DNA from: Podarcis gaigeae
Taxonomy: Eukaryota
Strand: one strand, 5' to 3'
DNA length: 64,000 bases
Assembly (NCBI GenBank): GCA_964106915.2
Contig: OZ066925.1
A model generated the notes under the pieces. That model was not told the DNA's origin. It did not search any database and worked only from the letters and a program-made list of their open reading frames with translations. Numbering within the stretch: position 1 is the first letter of the stretch; every line of letters starts with the position of its first letter. Shown here in pieces: positions 63,680-64,000 of the stretch. The translations under genes were made by a program, and so were the position numbers.

Positions 63680-64000
63680 ACAAATTGTGTGGCTTTGCTC
63701 TCAAGGAAAACTCTGCCTACTGAGGCACTCAAAGCAGCCTATAAAATTAAACCATAAAATCAGCACCATAAAAATAACAAGAACACATACTACAAGAAAC
63801 TAGTAACAACGCCACATATACCCCCCACCCCCTGCCCCATATTAGCCACAGGAATCCACATTAAAACTACCATATTATCTCTGAGAGATCTGGTTGCTGC
63901 CACCCTCCTCTTTAGGGCCAGATGAATCTCTCTGGGAATGGAATGCCATTGAAAGGCAGCGTTTGTGACTGTCAAGCTAATGTCAGAAGGCAAATGTAGC
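63680..64000 (-). mobile_element. L2 3' remnant
   Basis: ctgaggcactcaaagcagcc tail; minus strand AFQWHSIPREI resembles L2 ...WNxLPxEI. Confidence 0.45.

Larger units (their letters stand above)
14815..64000 (+). other. CNTNAP2: CNTNAP2 intron 1 (continues beyond the window)
   Basis: GTGAGT donor; no exon-2 sequence (KCDEPLVS...) recognised; this intron is very large in amniotes. Confidence 0.8.

Noticed and set aside
14815-64000. CNTNAP2 exon 2 and FOXP2-bound sites
   Set aside because: Exon 2 was not found by eye; short forkhead-type motifs occur by chance in AT-rich DNA and cannot be assigned without alignment or ChIP data.

Overview
Vertebrate genomic DNA from a squamate reptile; the repeat complement (CR1, L2, BovB/RTE, L1, Rex1/Babar, Penelope-like, a tRNA-Lys/CR1 SINE, a Squam3-type SINE, Tc1/mariner and hAT MITEs) suggests a lacertid lizard, which is an inference. 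The only host gene I can support is CNTNAP2 (Caspr2) on the + strand. It has a CpG island/promoter at ~13.4-15.1 kb with a perfect 21-bp RE1/NRSE (REST) site, and coding exon 1 (14718-14814) encoding the signal peptide and ending in a phase-1 GTGAGT donor. Everything downstream (14815-64000) is most simply intron 1; I did not find exon 2. Most ORFs in the track are retroelement remnants or chance ORFs. The most notable observations are: (1) an antisense, CpG-decayed copy of attractin (ATRN) exon 1 inside the intron, just downstream of a co-oriented solo LTR; (2) a Penelope-like insertion with a 12-bp TSD carrying an intact minimal hammerhead ribozyme; (3) a tripartite inverted BovB insertion inside one TSD; (4) a perfect 9x39-bp in-frame minisatellite inside a dead L1. 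All identifications were made by eye and from remembered reference sequences; no searches were run.
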